Assembly: GCF_009914755.1 (NCBI RefSeq)
Contig: NC_060925.1
Source of the DNA: the human T2T-CHM13v2.0 reference genome, Homo sapiens
Length of the DNA: 64,000 bases
Strand: one strand, 5' to 3'
Shown here: positions 1 through 14,518 of the stretch, one piece after another
Position numbering within the stretch: position 1 is the stretch's first letter
Layout of the letters: each line of letters begins with the position of its first letter
Notes under the pieces: model-generated
Databases searched by the model: none
Told to the model about the DNA's origin: nothing
What the model saw: only the letters and a program-made list of their open reading frames with translations
Program-made: the position numbers and the translations under genes

Positions 1-859
1 CCAGCAGGCTGCACCCAATTCTGGGGCTGTTTACCCCTCCAGCCACCTGTAAACATGCATTTATGAGCCCTGGGGGGCAGGGCGCAGGGCTGAGCAAGCA
101 TCGTAAAATGCTGGTGTTGGCTGGGCATTTGTGTACCTGAATGTGTACTAGTGTGTGTCCATCAGACTGGAGTTAATGATTTTGTGTGCAGACAGGCACA
201 GGCATCTATGTGTGTGTAGGTGTGTCTGAGCATGTGATGATGTCTATGTGTGCAACATGCATCCATAAAGTATGTGACAGTGTAGGCACCTGAGTGCGAG
301 CCCATTTGTGTCTCTTTGTGTGAGTGTGTGTTAATTGGGGTGTGTGTCTTCAGAGCATGCTTATGGATGAAGGGTGCATAGATCTGCAGGAGGGTGTGTG
401 TGTGTAGGATGGGTGTCTGTGTACTGCATAGTGGTGGGAGGTCAGGGGCTTCTTTCTGGGGTTGGTACCCAGGGCATCATGGCTCTGGGCAGCCGCCCCA
501 TAGGATTGTTGCGTGAGGCTCTTGACACAGACCTGACCCTGCCACTCGTCCCGGCATCATTTATGTGGCAGGTGTCCCAGCTCCATGGACCATTGGCTGG
601 GCCTCTCACTGGCCTTGCATGCAGCCTGTTAAACCTCGCCAGAACACAGCCTGGCTTGAGGAAAAGAAATAAATGACAAAAACCAAAATAAGGTTCCACG
701 TGGCCAGACGTGAGAGAGGGCTGGTTGCATTCAGGCAAAGTGACTTGTTATTGAGAAGACGACTGCTTGAGTTCAGTCCAAGCCACTGGTTAGGGGCAGA
801 GCCTTCAACCCAACTGAATGCGGACTTGGATTCCTTCGCTTGGACGGTCAGTGTGGATG

Positions 860-1180
860 TGGCCTTGGGCCAGGCCCCTGATTCTCCCCTGGATGCGTTG
901 TGTATGTGAGTGCATCTGTAATGCACGAGGGCGAGTGTGCAAGTGTGTGTATCAGGTATGTGTGGGTGTATATCATGTATGTATGGGTGAGTGTAGGTGT
1001 ATGAGTGTATCAGGTATGTATGTGTGAGTGTTGAGTGTATCAGGTATGTGGGGGTGAGTGTGAGTTTGAGGTGTCTGGGAATGAGTGTGTATGCAAGTGC
1101 ATGTGGTGTGTAAAGGAGAGTGTGAGGTGGGCAGGTGTGTGAGTGTGTGTGAGATGGGTGTGTGTGTGTCAGTGTGTGTT
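860..1180. repeat. TG-rich low-complexity tract (similar tract at ~130-420)
   Basis: Degenerate (TG)n/(TGAG)n runs. Confidence 0.8.
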
Positions 1181-3090
1181 CACCCTGTGCATGGCCACGT
1201 AGACTTCTTGCTCTTCTTCTCTTGCCACATGGGAGTTGACTGTCGGGGGTCCTGGGACTGGAGGTGCCCCCTCCCGGGTAACACTTACAAGGCCAGGGGC
1301 AGATGGGGAGGCAGCCAGGGCCTCGCAGTGGTTGGGTCCCTCCTCAAGGCGCTGTGTGGGCCAGGCACTCTACACACCTTCATGATCACACTTCAACCTC
1401 CAAGGTGCCCTGCAAGGAGGCGTCATGATCTCCATCCTCTGCTTTGGGCATTGTGATCCGAGAGGTTGCTGGTGTGTGCCAGGCCTCCAGCAGGGCACTG
1501 GCCTGCCTGATCTCTCATGGTTTAGATTGTTACTCCCATTTTACAGATGGGAGAACAGAGCCCCAGGGAGTCCCAGCTGGGCTTGGTTATTGGCCTAGGT
1601 CTGTCTGACTCCAGATTCAATGCTCTTCCCACTAAGGCACATTGAGGTGGTGAGTTCCCTGTCATTAGAGATGTCGGACACCATGTCTCTGGAAGCAGGC
1701 AAGAGTGGCCTTTGGGATTCCCCTGAGCCACCAGTTTCTGAAACCGTTGGCTTTCCCCTCTCCCAGTACATTTCCTCATTCAGGCTGGGGAGCAGGGTGG
1801 ACATGGAGAGAGTGGCAGGAAGGGTGCTGAGCTAGGCCCCTCACGCTGACTGCAGCTAGAATGGCTGGGGTGGGGGAAGCAGGCGGAGCTGCACTGCCCT
1901 GCGCTGCGGTTAGCTTCCCAGCTCCGCAGTACACAAACCTGGGGCAGTCTGGGCTCTGCCCCCTCCAGCCTGTGGGACCTGGGCAAGCCTGCACCTTTCT
2001 GAGCCTTAGTTTCCTCACCCATAAAATCGTGATAGATTGGCTCTCCTGCTGGTGTGTGTAGGGCAGCTTCCCCCAGGTAAGGACTGTAGGTGCCAGGCTG
2101 GGCGTGTGGACCCAGTGCTGCATCCAGGAGGATGTGCAGAGGCAGCGCAGGCAATTCAGAGAGCCACCGCACAGGCACAGACTGCAAGATGGAGACAAGC
2201 AGTGGCCAGGGGGAGAATGTGTCCTGGGGTGGGCCGGCCTGGCAGGTGCCATGAAGCTGATTTCGCTGGTGCAGGAAGTGTCCTTGCACTATTTCTCCCT
2301 CTGTGTGTGTGTGGGGAGACTGTTTTCCTTCTTCCCACCTCCAGCCAGTATCAGCCTGTAATACGAAGCCTTTTCTGTTTCTTCATTAGCGATCAGAGCA
2401 CCGAATTGTCGCTGGATTGATCCTGAGATGCACCAGGCCCGGGATCAGGGTGGGGACTCTGAGGCCCCCAGGAGGGCAGAGGCAGGAGGCAGAGACCAGG
2501 AAGGGACCCAGAATCAACCCCCTGAGCTTCCTAAGAGCATGTGGCCTTTGCGAAGCTCCCTCCAGCATACCAGGCACTTGGGCATCCCCCTTGAGAAGTG
2601 TGTACAGCCAAGTGGCAGGGGGTGTGGATGCAAAACCCTCACTGCCTGGGTCCAAATTCTGTCTCCACTGCTTTCTGACAACGGGATGTAGAGCAAGTTA
2701 CTAAATGCACTGGGCCTCAGTCTTCTCATCTGCACAGAGGCATAACAAGAGCATGCAGGGGGTTGCAGTGAGCACTCAATGGATTCATGCACATGGAAGG
2801 GGCTTGGGACAGTACCTGGCATGGAGCAAGTCCCTAGCAAGGATGACCTGCGTTGTTTTCTCAGGGCCGCAGGGATGTGGGTGCACACCATACATGGTAC
2901 CTTGCAGATTTCTTTCCTCTGGCTTAGCTGCCCACGCTTCTTGCCCCAGCTTCCTCTCCTGCTTTCTCCTTCCTTCTCCCACCTACCCTAGGTATTGGGA
3001 GGATGGTCAGTCCAGACTCTCAGGATGAGAGAGGCTGGGAGCGGCCAGCCCCGGGGCAGGGGCTCAGAGCACCCCCTGGTTCTCTTGCAG

Positions 3091-3235
3091 TTCTGTCCAC
3101 AGCTCACGGCAGCCTGCTCAACCTGAAGGCCATGGTGGAGGCCGTCACAGGGAGGAGCGCCATCCTGTCCTTCGTGGGCTACGGTTGCTACTGTGGGCTG
3201 GGGGGCCGTGGCCAGCCCAAGGATGAGGTGGACTG
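3091..3235 (+). CDS. PLA2G2F: Group IIF secreted phospholipase A2, internal coding exon (end of signal peptide, mature N-terminus, Ca2+ loop)
   Basis: tctcttgcag| acceptor and GACTG|gtaggt donor; translates (V)[48 protein letters not shown] with the sPLA2 YGCYCGxGG loop. Upstream exons are not in the window. Confidence 0.97.
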
Positions 3236-4224
3236 GTAGGTACCAGAGGCCTGGGCTCCTGTCAGGGGCCAAATGAGGACAGCTGAAGGTCAGACTGACT
3301 TTGCCCTCCATCCCTGAGTGGGGGAGACCTTCTTTCCCCAAAGGATCCAGCTTCTTTGATGACTTGGTGACCAGAGCCTGGTCTTTGACTATGTTCTTTC
3401 CAAACTGTTTTGAGCGCTTTCTGTTGTCCATCTCCAAGGCCATGGGCTTGGAAGTGTTTCAGCCCCTCCTCTCTCTAGGAAGGGACCTTTGACTTGCTCC
3501 AAAACACACATGGGAGAGCAGTCACACAGCTGACACCCCACAAAGGCAAGGGCTGTGACCCCTGCCTGCCTCACACTGGAGGCTCTGGAAGACAGGACCA
3601 TGCCTCCTCCATCAGACTGTGAGCTCCCAGCAGCCATGGCTTGTCTTCTGCTCCTATCTCCCCAACAGCAGGCAGCACCAAGTTTGTATCACAGAAAGCT
3701 AAATAAATACACATTGACTAGCTGACTTCACGCCCCCAGAGGTGATGGGGACAGCCACACTGCCTGTGTTTCTTGTTCGCCATCCTACCAGTCCCTGTTG
3801 ACCCTCCAGACCTTTGTCCCTCCCTGGCCATGAGGCACAGCCAGGGGTGGCCTCTGCCTACAGTCGACGCTCCTCCAACCTTGACGTAAACCTAGGCAGG
3901 TCCCTGACTCCTCCCACTACTGCAGCCGGGGCTCTGGGGGAAAGCTGGGAGCCCTGTGGATAGAACAAAGACACAGGGGAGAATGTGTCCTGGGAGGGGC
4001 AGGTCTGGCAGGTGCCAACGAAGCTGAAGCTGTGAGAATCAGAACCTGGGGTGCCGGCCCCAGCTCTGCTTGGCTGTGTGACCTCAGACAAGTAACTGTC
4101 CCTCTCTGGGCTTCAGTTCGAACGTTTGACCTGCGAGAGACTGGAAGAGATGATCAGAGGTCTCTGCTGGTGGGAGATGGGCCGGCCCAGCCATGCCTGT
4201 CCACTCACCTCTGCCGCTCCCTAG

Positions 4225-4334
4225 GTGCTGCCACGCCCACGACTGCTGCTACCAGGAACTCTTTGACCAAGGCTGTCACCCCTATGTGGACCACTATGAT
4301 CACACCATCGAGAACAACACTGAGATAGTCTGCA
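4225..4334 (+). CDS. PLA2G2F: PLA2G2F catalytic exon
   Basis: ccctag| acceptor, TGCA|gtgagt donor; CCHAHDCCYQELFDQGCHPYVDHYDHTIENNTEIVC with intact His-Asp CCxxHDxC motif; phases match the neighbouring exons. Confidence 0.97.
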
Positions 4335-4439
4335 GTGAGTCCCTCCCCTGTCACCTGGGCCCCCAGAGAAGGGAGTGGCTGGCTCTACCAGCCTGTGCTG
4401 GGATGGTGGACAGGCTTGCCAGATTAAATACAGGCTGCC

Positions 4440-4750
4440 AGCCGGGTGCGGTGGCTCATGCCTGTAATCCCAGCACTTTGGGAGGCCGAGGCGGGCGGAT
4501 CACTTGAGGTCAGGAGTTCGAGACCATCCTGGCTAATGTGGTGAAAACCCGTCGCTAGTAAAAATACAAACATTAGCTGGGCTTGGTGGCATGTGCCAGT
4601 AATCCCAGCTGCTGGAGAGGCTGAGATACGAGAACCACTTTGAACTTGGGAGGCAGAAGTTGCAGTGAGCCAAGATCGCACGCCACTGCATTCCAGCCTG
4701 GGAGACAGAGTGAGACTCTGTCTCGAAGAAGAAATGAAAAAGAAAAAAAG
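4440..4750 (+). mobile_element. Alu (AluS-like), TSD aaatacaggctgcc
   Basis: Full dimer plus A tail; TSD at 4426-4439 and 4751-4764. Confidence 0.95.
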
Positions 4751-4921
4751 AAATACAGGCTGCCTAGTGAAATTCATTTCTTAGCTATACAATGAAAAAT
4801 GTTTTAATATTAAATATGTCCTAAATATTGCATGGGACATATTGATACTCAAAACTAAATGCTAGTATAAAATTAATTAATATTTATAGATAAGGAAATG
4901 TTTAGGACATACTTCTACTAA

Positions 4922-5224
<303 letters not shown>

Positions 5225-5249
5225 AAACATGTACTGTTTACCTGAAATT

Positions 5250-5553
5250 TTAATTAATTAATTAATTAATTAATTAATTAAGACAGGGCCTTGCTCTGTT
5301 GCCCAGGCTGGAGTTCAGCGGTGCCATCGTAGCTCACTGCAGCCTTAACCTGGGCTAAAGTGATCCTCCTGCCTCAGCCTCCCAATTAGCTGGGATTACA
5401 GGCCAGTGCCAACATGCCCAGTTGATTCTTGTATTTTTTGTGGAGATGGGGGTCTCACTATGTTGCCCAGGCTGGTCTTGAACTCCTGGCCTCCAGCAAT
5501 CCTACTTCTGCTTCCCAAAGTGCTGGGATTATGGGTATGAGCCACCAGCCCAG
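5250..5553 (-). mobile_element. Alu (AluJ-like) with (TTAA)n tail, TSD cctgaaatt
   Basis: Diverged reverse Alu; tail at 5250-5281 is a TTAA microsatellite. Confidence 0.9.
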
Positions 5554-6773
5554 CCTGAAATTGAAATTCAACCAGGAATCCTGTGTTTTGATTTTGGTTT
5601 TGCTTTTTTGCTAAATCTGAATCTGACCAGCCTAGCTGTGGCTTGAGAACATCTCCCTGAGGTGCTCTGATGCTCCAGTCCTGGAATTGGCATCCCAATT
5701 CTCCTGTCCCCCAAATTCTGGGTGATTCTGATTCCGTGGGTGTTGGTGGGGCCCAGGAACTTGGCTTTCAGCCGGCTCCCCAGATGGTTCTGAGACTGCA
5801 GCTCTGCAGGGAGGCTCTGAGACATGCTGGCCTGGGAGTCAGGGGACCTGGGTTTGAACTCTGGTTCTGTCACCATCTCCCTGCTCCATGTAGCCCTGGG
5901 CAGCTCCTTCCCCATCTGGCCTGTTTCCTCACTCATGGGTCCACTGAGGGGTTTGGATCAGAGCGGACTCTTTCTCTTCTGGTTCTGTCACTCGGACCCC
6001 ACCTGCAGAGGTGGCTCCATCCTAGGACGCCCAGTGTTTCCAGGGATCCAAGGTATTAGCACCTGGCCTGGCGGGTTCCTTCATTTACCATGAACTTGCT
6101 GTGGCTATTTCCCAACTGAGACATGTAGGTAAGCGCAAGTGGCATCCAAGTAGCAGCGCCCAGGTGTCCCTGCCCTGCCCTACTCTGTGCTCCTCTCTGG
6201 GAGAGGACTCCCCCTGGCCCAGCCTGTGGGCAACCACTGGGCCCTCTTTGCCCCCATGTCTTCACCTGGTGGTACCAGTTGTTGCTTATTAATAGCTCAC
6301 AAGCAACGCTGGCTTTGCAAAGACACTCAAATCTCCTGTCATTGGGAAGGAGTCTAGTGGAGACTGGGGTGCACTTGGGACCCCTTGGGGGCCCAGATCT
6401 CTGTGGTCCTCATGTTCTGCTGTTCAAACATGAGATGGAGGGGCTGGCCTGAGATAGCAGATGCCCCCCTATTAAAGCAGCTGGAGGAGAGAGATTCTCC
6501 CCCAGCCACCACCCACCAGGGGTAACAGACGAACTTAAAGCAGTGATTTTCATGCTGGGTTCTGGGAATCCCTGGGGCCATCAGAGCCAGAGGCCCTGAG
6601 AGGTGCTGGTCACAGTCCCTGAGAGGTTCAGCTGGTACTTTAGTGTATTTTATCATTAAGCAGCTTCTTCTGGGGCCGTCTGATGCATCAGCTTTCTTTA
6701 AAGAGTTTCGTTTAAGAAACAGGATTTTGCTGGTAGAAGGTATGAAAAGTTTGCAGACCGATCAAGCTAGTTG

Positions 6774-6950
6774 GAGGTTCTCAAAGGGTAGCCCCTGAAC
6801 CAGCAACAGCAGCAGCTGCAGCACCCAGGAACTTGTTAGAAATGCCAATCATCAAGCCCCACCCAGACCTACTGAATCTGATACTTAGGGGTGAGGTCCA
6901 GCAGTCTTTGTTGGAACAAGCCCTCCAGCTGATTCTATTGTGCACCTAAG
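6774..6950. mobile_element. MER5-family hAT DNA transposon relic (related fragments at ~5640-5800 and ~7580-7750)
   Basis: ggttctcaaag...ggaacttgttagaaatgc...ccccacccagacctactgaatc...aacaagccctccagctgattct. Confidence 0.7.
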
Positions 6951-7100
6951 GATGATTTCCGAAATCTACTAATTATAACAACAGCATAGGGACAAACAAC
7001 AGTAGCATTTGCCCTGGATTAGGCATGTGAGAGGCTCTTAGGCACTAAGCTTTTGAACAATTGTTTTTCCCACTCATTTCTTACCAATAACTCCCTCTTC

Positions 7101-7399
<299 letters not shown>

Positions 7400-7838
7400 T
7401 AACTCCCTCTTCACTGGGCGTTCTTTGATTCTGTGATTGAAGGGAAGAGGTCTGGGATGGCAGGAAGTAACAAGCCTGGGAGGCGTGGGGGGTGCTTTAG
7501 TTCTGTGGGTGACTTAGGTAAACCCATCCCCCTTTCTGGGGCTCAGTTTCCCCAGCTATGCAATAACTGTGTTGGGCTTCAGTGGTTCCCCAATTTTACT
7601 ATGCACCAGAGTCCCCTAGAGAGCTTGTTACAACACAGACTGCCGGGCCCCAGCCCAGAGCTGCTGACCTTGTAAGCGTGGGGTGGGGCCCGTGGGTGGT
7701 GCTGGTCCTGCCGCCCAGGTAACACATTCCAAGGACCACTGGGCTCTCCAAGTCTGTGTGCTCCCCTTCCCCAGCAGTAGTCCTGGGGGAGCTGCTGCCC
7801 CTTTCATCCACAGCCTTTGCCACCCCATCCCCCTGTAG

Positions 7839-8050
7839 GTGACCTCAACAAGACAGAGTGTGACAAGCAGACATGCATGTGTGACAAGAACATGGTTCTG
7901 TGCCTCATGAACCAGACGTACCGAGAGGAGTACCGTGGCTTCCTCAATGTCTACTGCCAGGGCCCCACGCCCAACTGCAGCATCTATGAACCGCCCCCTG
8001 AGGAGGTCACCTGCAGTCACCAATCCCCAGCGCCCCCCGCCCCTCCCTAG
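7839..8050 (+). CDS. PLA2G2F: PLA2G2F last coding exon with Pro-rich C-terminal extension
   Basis: ccctgtag| acceptor; (S)DLNKTECDKQTCMCDKNMVLCL...YEPPPEEVTCSHQSPAPPAPP-TAG; the CxCD motif supplies the catalytic Asp. Confidence 0.97.
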
Positions 8051-8904
8051 AGCCTCTGAGGTTTGAGAGAGAGAGCGGGAGGAGGGTCTGGCTTGGGGAC
8101 CAGACGAGGTGCAGGGAGGGTAGGAGCCAGGCCAGGAGCCTGAGGGTTGCTGGTTGCCTCCTCCCTGGAGCTCTCCAGTGAGGGCTCAGCTCTCAGAGGA
8201 CTCAGGAAGGCCTGGGTCCTGACTCCCCCAGCCCAGCCCCAGGCATGGGTGCCTCCTGCTGCTGGTTCTGGACTGGGTGGGAGGCACGGAGCTTATAGGG
8301 GTCTCTCCTGAGGGTGGCCGGGGAGACCTGAGAGAGAGGAGGAGGGGCCTCTGAGTGGGGCCTCTGTTGCTGGCGCCAGTTTAACTCCCCGGAGCCTTAG
8401 AAAGTCTGAGCCTTAGAAAGTCTGGGCCTGAGCATCCAGGCCCAGAGCTGGATGCATCCTCGGCCCAAGATCACAGGAAGGCAGATTGCTGGTCACAAAG
8501 CATGGGTTCCGGGAGCCCCTCAGCTGATCCCACAGGATGGCCTGGGGTGGTGGCTACTTTGGGCTTGAAGCTCTCTAGAGCCCCATTCACAGAGCAGGTG
8601 CCCCACCCCAGCCCTCACTGAGGTGGCCATGAGTCCAGGTTCAGACCCTAGGGGATGTGCAGTGCTGAGTGTCCCAGCCCTGAAGTCTAGCCTCAGAGCA
8701 GGCTCCTGGGCACTGACAGAGCCACACACCCAGGTACACCCCCCAGGCTAATATGGGGACACACAAAAATATGGCCTTCAACACCTACAAGTCTTCTCTG
8801 TGTCCCCCATCGACCCATGCACATCACCCCAACCCTGCTCTGCCACACCACGTGGGTCTGAGGAGCACTCCTACCCCCCGGCTCCGGGTCCCTGACAGAC
8901 ACTG

Positions 8905-9092
8905 CCCTCCTGGCCTGCACCTGGAATGGCAGCCAGAACACTGGAGGGGGACCCACACCCTCTCTCCCTGGGCTGTGGATGGGTGTTGCAAGTCCCATCC
9001 CTCCTGGCCTGCACCTGGAACAGCAGCCAGAACACCGGAGGGGGACCCACACCCTCTCTCCCTGGGCTGTGGGCAGGCGTCACAAGTCCCAT
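8905..9092 (+). repeat. 94-bp tandem duplication in the PLA2G2F 3' UTR
   Basis: ccctcctggcctgcacctggaa...caagtcccat occurs twice (8905-8998, 8999-9092). Confidence 0.9.
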
Positions 9093-10009
9093 TGGTGGGG
9101 AAGAGGCTGAGGGCTGAGACCCACCTCAGTGAAGAGGGAAACGTAAGCAGGGAGAGCATCAAGGCGGGAGGCAGCCTGGAAACTTCTAGAAGAGGGTCAA
9201 GGTAGGAGGCTACATGGAAGCTTCTAGAAGGCAGTAAGGAACAGGGTGGTGAAGGAGAGGGGAGAAGATGGGAGCATGGAGAGACGAGGTGAGTGACAGC
9301 CACCAGCAGGGACGGGCCTCCAGGCAACACAGAGGAGCTGGGGGCCAGGGCCTTACGGGGCTGGGTTCCTGTGTGGGGCGTGGAGCTGGGGCTGAAGTGG
9401 AGGGGACGGCCCTGCGGCCCCCAGCACTGTTGTTTCTCCAGGTGCACCTTACCTTCCTCCTTACCTGCCCGAGCCTCAACTCAGGGTCAGCAGCCTCCAC
9501 GGAGCCAGCCCCACCTGCCCGAAAACCACTGAAGCCACCCTCCGCCTGGACTCAACAGCCGCCAGCAAGCTCGCCTGGCAGTGCCCCTGGAGCACCATTG
9601 TCGCTGGGGAGGGAGAGCCGGGAAGGGTGGAGAAGGAGGCAGAAGGGACATGTATGAAAAAAGGACAGGAAACCTGACCAGAGGCGGTTTCCAGAGCCCC
9701 AGCCTTGGAGACAAGGACACTGCCACCCAGCGCCACAGTCAGTCTGGGAGGGGCCCACGCCCCCCACCCCCCATGCCACACTGCCGCCTCTTGCTGGCCA
9801 TGGTTCTCCGGCTTGGGGGAACGCAGGTTCCCAGCTGCGCCCCTCCCCCGCGCACACACACCCTCCCCTGTCCCTCGGAAAGACTAGGCCAGGGTCTGGG
9901 GATGGGATTCTGCTGCCAGGGGTCCTGCCTGCCCCCACTCACCCCAGACGCTTCGGATGCTGCAGCTCCTGGATAATCTCCACAGGACTCGGCTTCCTCT
10001 CCTCAAATG

Positions 10010-10015
10010 AATAAA
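10010..10015 (+). terminator. Polyadenylation signal of PLA2G2F
   Basis: AATAAA about 2 kb after the stop codon. Confidence 0.75.
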
Positions 10016-10173
10016 GGCCTCCTACCTCAACTCCCCATGGCTGGCCCCTCCTTGGCCAGGTGTCGGGGGAGGACACAGTGACTCCCCCTGCTTCTCCAGC
10101 TCTGGGGAAGGTGGGTTCCCTTGCCCAGTAGCTGGCATGGCCCGTCTCCCTCCTGCCCCCAGCCTGGGAGTGA

Positions 10174-10824
<651 letters not shown>

Positions 10825-10827
10825 TGA

Positions 10828-11449
<622 letters not shown>

Positions 11450-12158
11450 CAGAGCGGCTGTTTCTCATGCTCCCTAAAGCTGTGGGCTTCCCTGGGGACA
11501 TCAGCCGGTACCCCTGTGTTATATGGGGAAGCTTTCACAGGCGACCCTGCAAGAAGAGGGATTCCTCAACTCAATATTTTAAAAGTTTGAAAATCCCTGG
11601 ACAAGCTCACCCCACGGGTTCGTTCACCCAGCAGCCCTGCATGAGAGTCCCCTGTGTGCCAGCTGTGGTGCTGGGCTTCCAGCCTCTGCCCGCCCCCACC
11701 CTCCCGAGAAGCCTGCAGCCCAGGCGGGAGGCAGACGCTGAGCTCTTAACCTTGACACGCGGTGCCAAGTGGTGTGGCCGGGAGCACAGGGGTGAGGACC
11801 CAGGTCTGTGTGGCAGTCCCAAAGGTGCCAAAAGGGGATGGATGCAGCTGGGGTGGTGCAGCTGGGGTCTCCCTGGCGTGGAGAGGAGGAGCAGGGGGTC
11901 ACATTTTGTGAGGAGGGGCCCCTTCTACCGCCTGGGGATCTCCTCCCCTGGGGACCCATGAAGACTCCATCCGGGGGACTGAGGTCTTCCACGCTAAAGC
12001 GTGAGGACGGCGCTGTTAGTGCTCCTCCCTGTCCTGGGGCTGCCATCTCTGCCCAGACCTAGGTCCGCCTACCCCCTCGGGACACCCATGCCCCTCCCGG
12101 CTCCTTTCCGGGTTCCTCGGACCTGTGGGGCGTCGCTGACAGCTTTTCCAGAACGCGG

Positions 12159-12172
12159 GCGACACCTAGTGG
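12159..12172 (-). promoter_or_regulatory. Candidate CTCF site
   Basis: Reverse strand CCACTAGGTGTCGC, one mismatch to CCACYAGGKGGCGC, inside a CpG-retaining patch. Confidence 0.55.
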
Positions 12173-13113
12173 ACATCACGGGTCACAACCGGTGCTCCAC
12201 TGCACCCCTCCCGCCCCTCTGCCCTGGACCCAGAGTGGAATTCTGTTGAGGGCCTGCCCCAGGCCCACAGTGTCCAGGAGAGCACAGGAAGCCGTCAGTA
12301 TGGCCTCCACCATCCTCTCATTGTTGTCATCACCGCCTCTCGAGAAGCGCTGCCCTTAAAGCAAACAGCACAGGCTGGGTGGCACCCTGGCCCTGTCCCT
12401 AGCGGGCAGTGTAGATGTGGCAAGTCGCTTCACCCCTCTCAGCCTCAGTTTCCCCCTTCTGTAAAATGTGGTTGATAATGAAGCACACCCCATAGGGTTT
12501 GAGGATGACATGAGCTCAGGGATGAGAATGCCCCTAGCATAGGGCCTGGCATGGAGAAGGGAAATTTTCTAGAGTGGGTGACTGGTGCCCTGGGCAAAAG
12601 ACCTTCAGGTCGGGGTGGCAGACAGCGGCAGGTAGAAGAAGGTGTTGCTGATGGAAGTGGACTGCCTGTGATATTCTTCCCCAAACAGAAAACTGGCAGA
12701 AGCAAAGCTGTTATTTAGCAAGACAATCTGGCTCCCTGCCTGTGAGTGTGAGGGGGAAAGGGAGCGGGTGGGAGGAGGAGGAGGGAGAGGATGTAGAAAG
12801 GAAGGGTCTGTGGACCCTTGCTGTCCCTAAGCCATAGCCAGGCACCCGGGGCCTTGACTGACCCTGCCCCCAGCTGGGCCTGAGAGCCGCCACTTCCTCG
12901 GCCCGGCCCTGACTATGAATGCAGAGAGGCAGCCCTTCCTCCAGAGGCTGCCGCAGTAACACTAGCTGTTGGCTTCCCTAGTTGTGGCTTCCTGACAAGC
13001 AGCTGATGCCACCCACTGTGACAACAAGGAAAGTTCTGGAGAAAAACACCAAGGCTCCTAGCAACAGGAGACAGGGGTGCACAATTAAAAAAAAAAAAAA
13101 AAAAGACATATTG

Positions 13114-13508
<395 letters not shown>

Positions 13509-13605
13509 TCAGGGCCCAAGTAAGAAAAGCAGAGTGCATCGATCACTGTGCCCAGAGCTCTGTGTGTCCTCTCATTTAACCCTCTCAGCAGCCCTAGGAG
13601 GTGGG

Positions 13606-13970
13606 TGAGGAGAGAGGCCATTTCTCTTACTGTCTCCTGTCTCTGAAGAGAAGGAGGAAGTAAAAGTTGAAAAACAACAGGAATGAAGTCAGTGGCAAGA
13701 CCAGCCAGTGCCACTGATGACCAGGCCTGAGGTTAAAAGTTTAACCACCTCCCCCCAACCCCGCCACTCTAACCACATGTGCTCTCAATCTACCACGACC
13801 ATTTCACGTGGAACCCCTTAGAGGTGTAAGCCCTTAAAACGGCCAGGAACTCTGTCTTCGGGGAGCTCTGTTCTTGAGACGCGAGTCTGCCGAAACTCCC
13901 AGGCGAATAAAGCCAAATCCTTCCTTAACCTGGTGTCTGAGGGGTTTTGTCCACGGCTCATCCTGCTACC
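13606..13970 (+). mobile_element. 5' LTR (LTR2-family-like)
   Basis: Starts TG and ends ...ctacC (CA mutated); ETS motif GAGGAAGT at 13654, CACGTG at 13805, AATAAA at 13906. Confidence 0.93.
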
Positions 13971-13975
13971 TTTCT

Positions 13976-13993
13976 TAGTTCCCTGACCGGGAA
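13976..13993 (+). other. Primer-binding site complementary to tRNA-Glu
   Basis: TAGTTCCCTGACCGGGAA, 17/18 match to TGGTTCCCTGACCGGGAA (complement of the tRNA-Glu-CTC 3' end). Confidence 0.92.
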
Positions 13994-14309
13994 ATGGGGT
14001 GACTGATGGACGGTGGAGGCAGCCCCTTAGGCAGTTTAGGCCTGCCCTGTGAAGTATCCCTGTGGGCGGCTCTGGCCAGCTTGAGTGACGCAGATCCTGA
14101 GAGCGCTCCTGGGTAGGTATTTGCCCCGGTGGGATGCCTTATCAGAGTGGTGCATGGCAGGCCCCCGTGGAGGATCAACGCAGTGGCTGAACACTGGGAA
14201 GGAACTGGCACTTGGAGTCTGGACAACTGGAATACGGTAGGACCGGTCCTGGGAATTTCCCCACTCCGTTTGAGTGGAAGCGTAGCCTGATCACCCACCG
14301 TGTGCCCTT

Positions 14310-14411
14310 ATCGGCACTTGGGTCTCAGCATTGATTTTGATTTGGTTTGACTTGTTTGCAATCGGCACTTTGGTCTCAGTATTGATTTTGATTTGGCTTG
14401 ACTTGTTTGCA
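14310..14411 (+). repeat. 51-bp tandem duplication in the proviral leader
   Basis: atcggcactt.ggtctcag.attgattttgatttgg.ttgacttgtttgca occurs twice. Confidence 0.9.
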
Positions 14412-14518
14412 AAAAGGAAAGTGAAAGTGAGTGCTTGAGTTTGAGACAGGCGAGACTAGAGTGACCCCTTTACCCTTTCCTTCTTGTAGTGTGAGTGTTG
14501 TTTTGTCTCGGGAGGAAG

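Larger units (their letters stand above)
8051..10035 (+). other. PLA2G2F: PLA2G2F 3' UTR (end approximate)
   Basis: Runs from the stop codon to just past the AATAAA at 10010. Confidence 0.7.

Noticed and set aside
8753-9976. Many overlapping 120-207 aa ORFs
   Set aside because: GC-rich 3' UTR with few stop codons; no domain similarity.
13976-13993. tRNA-Glu-like sequence
   Set aside because: Only the 18-nt retroviral primer-binding site, not a tRNA gene.
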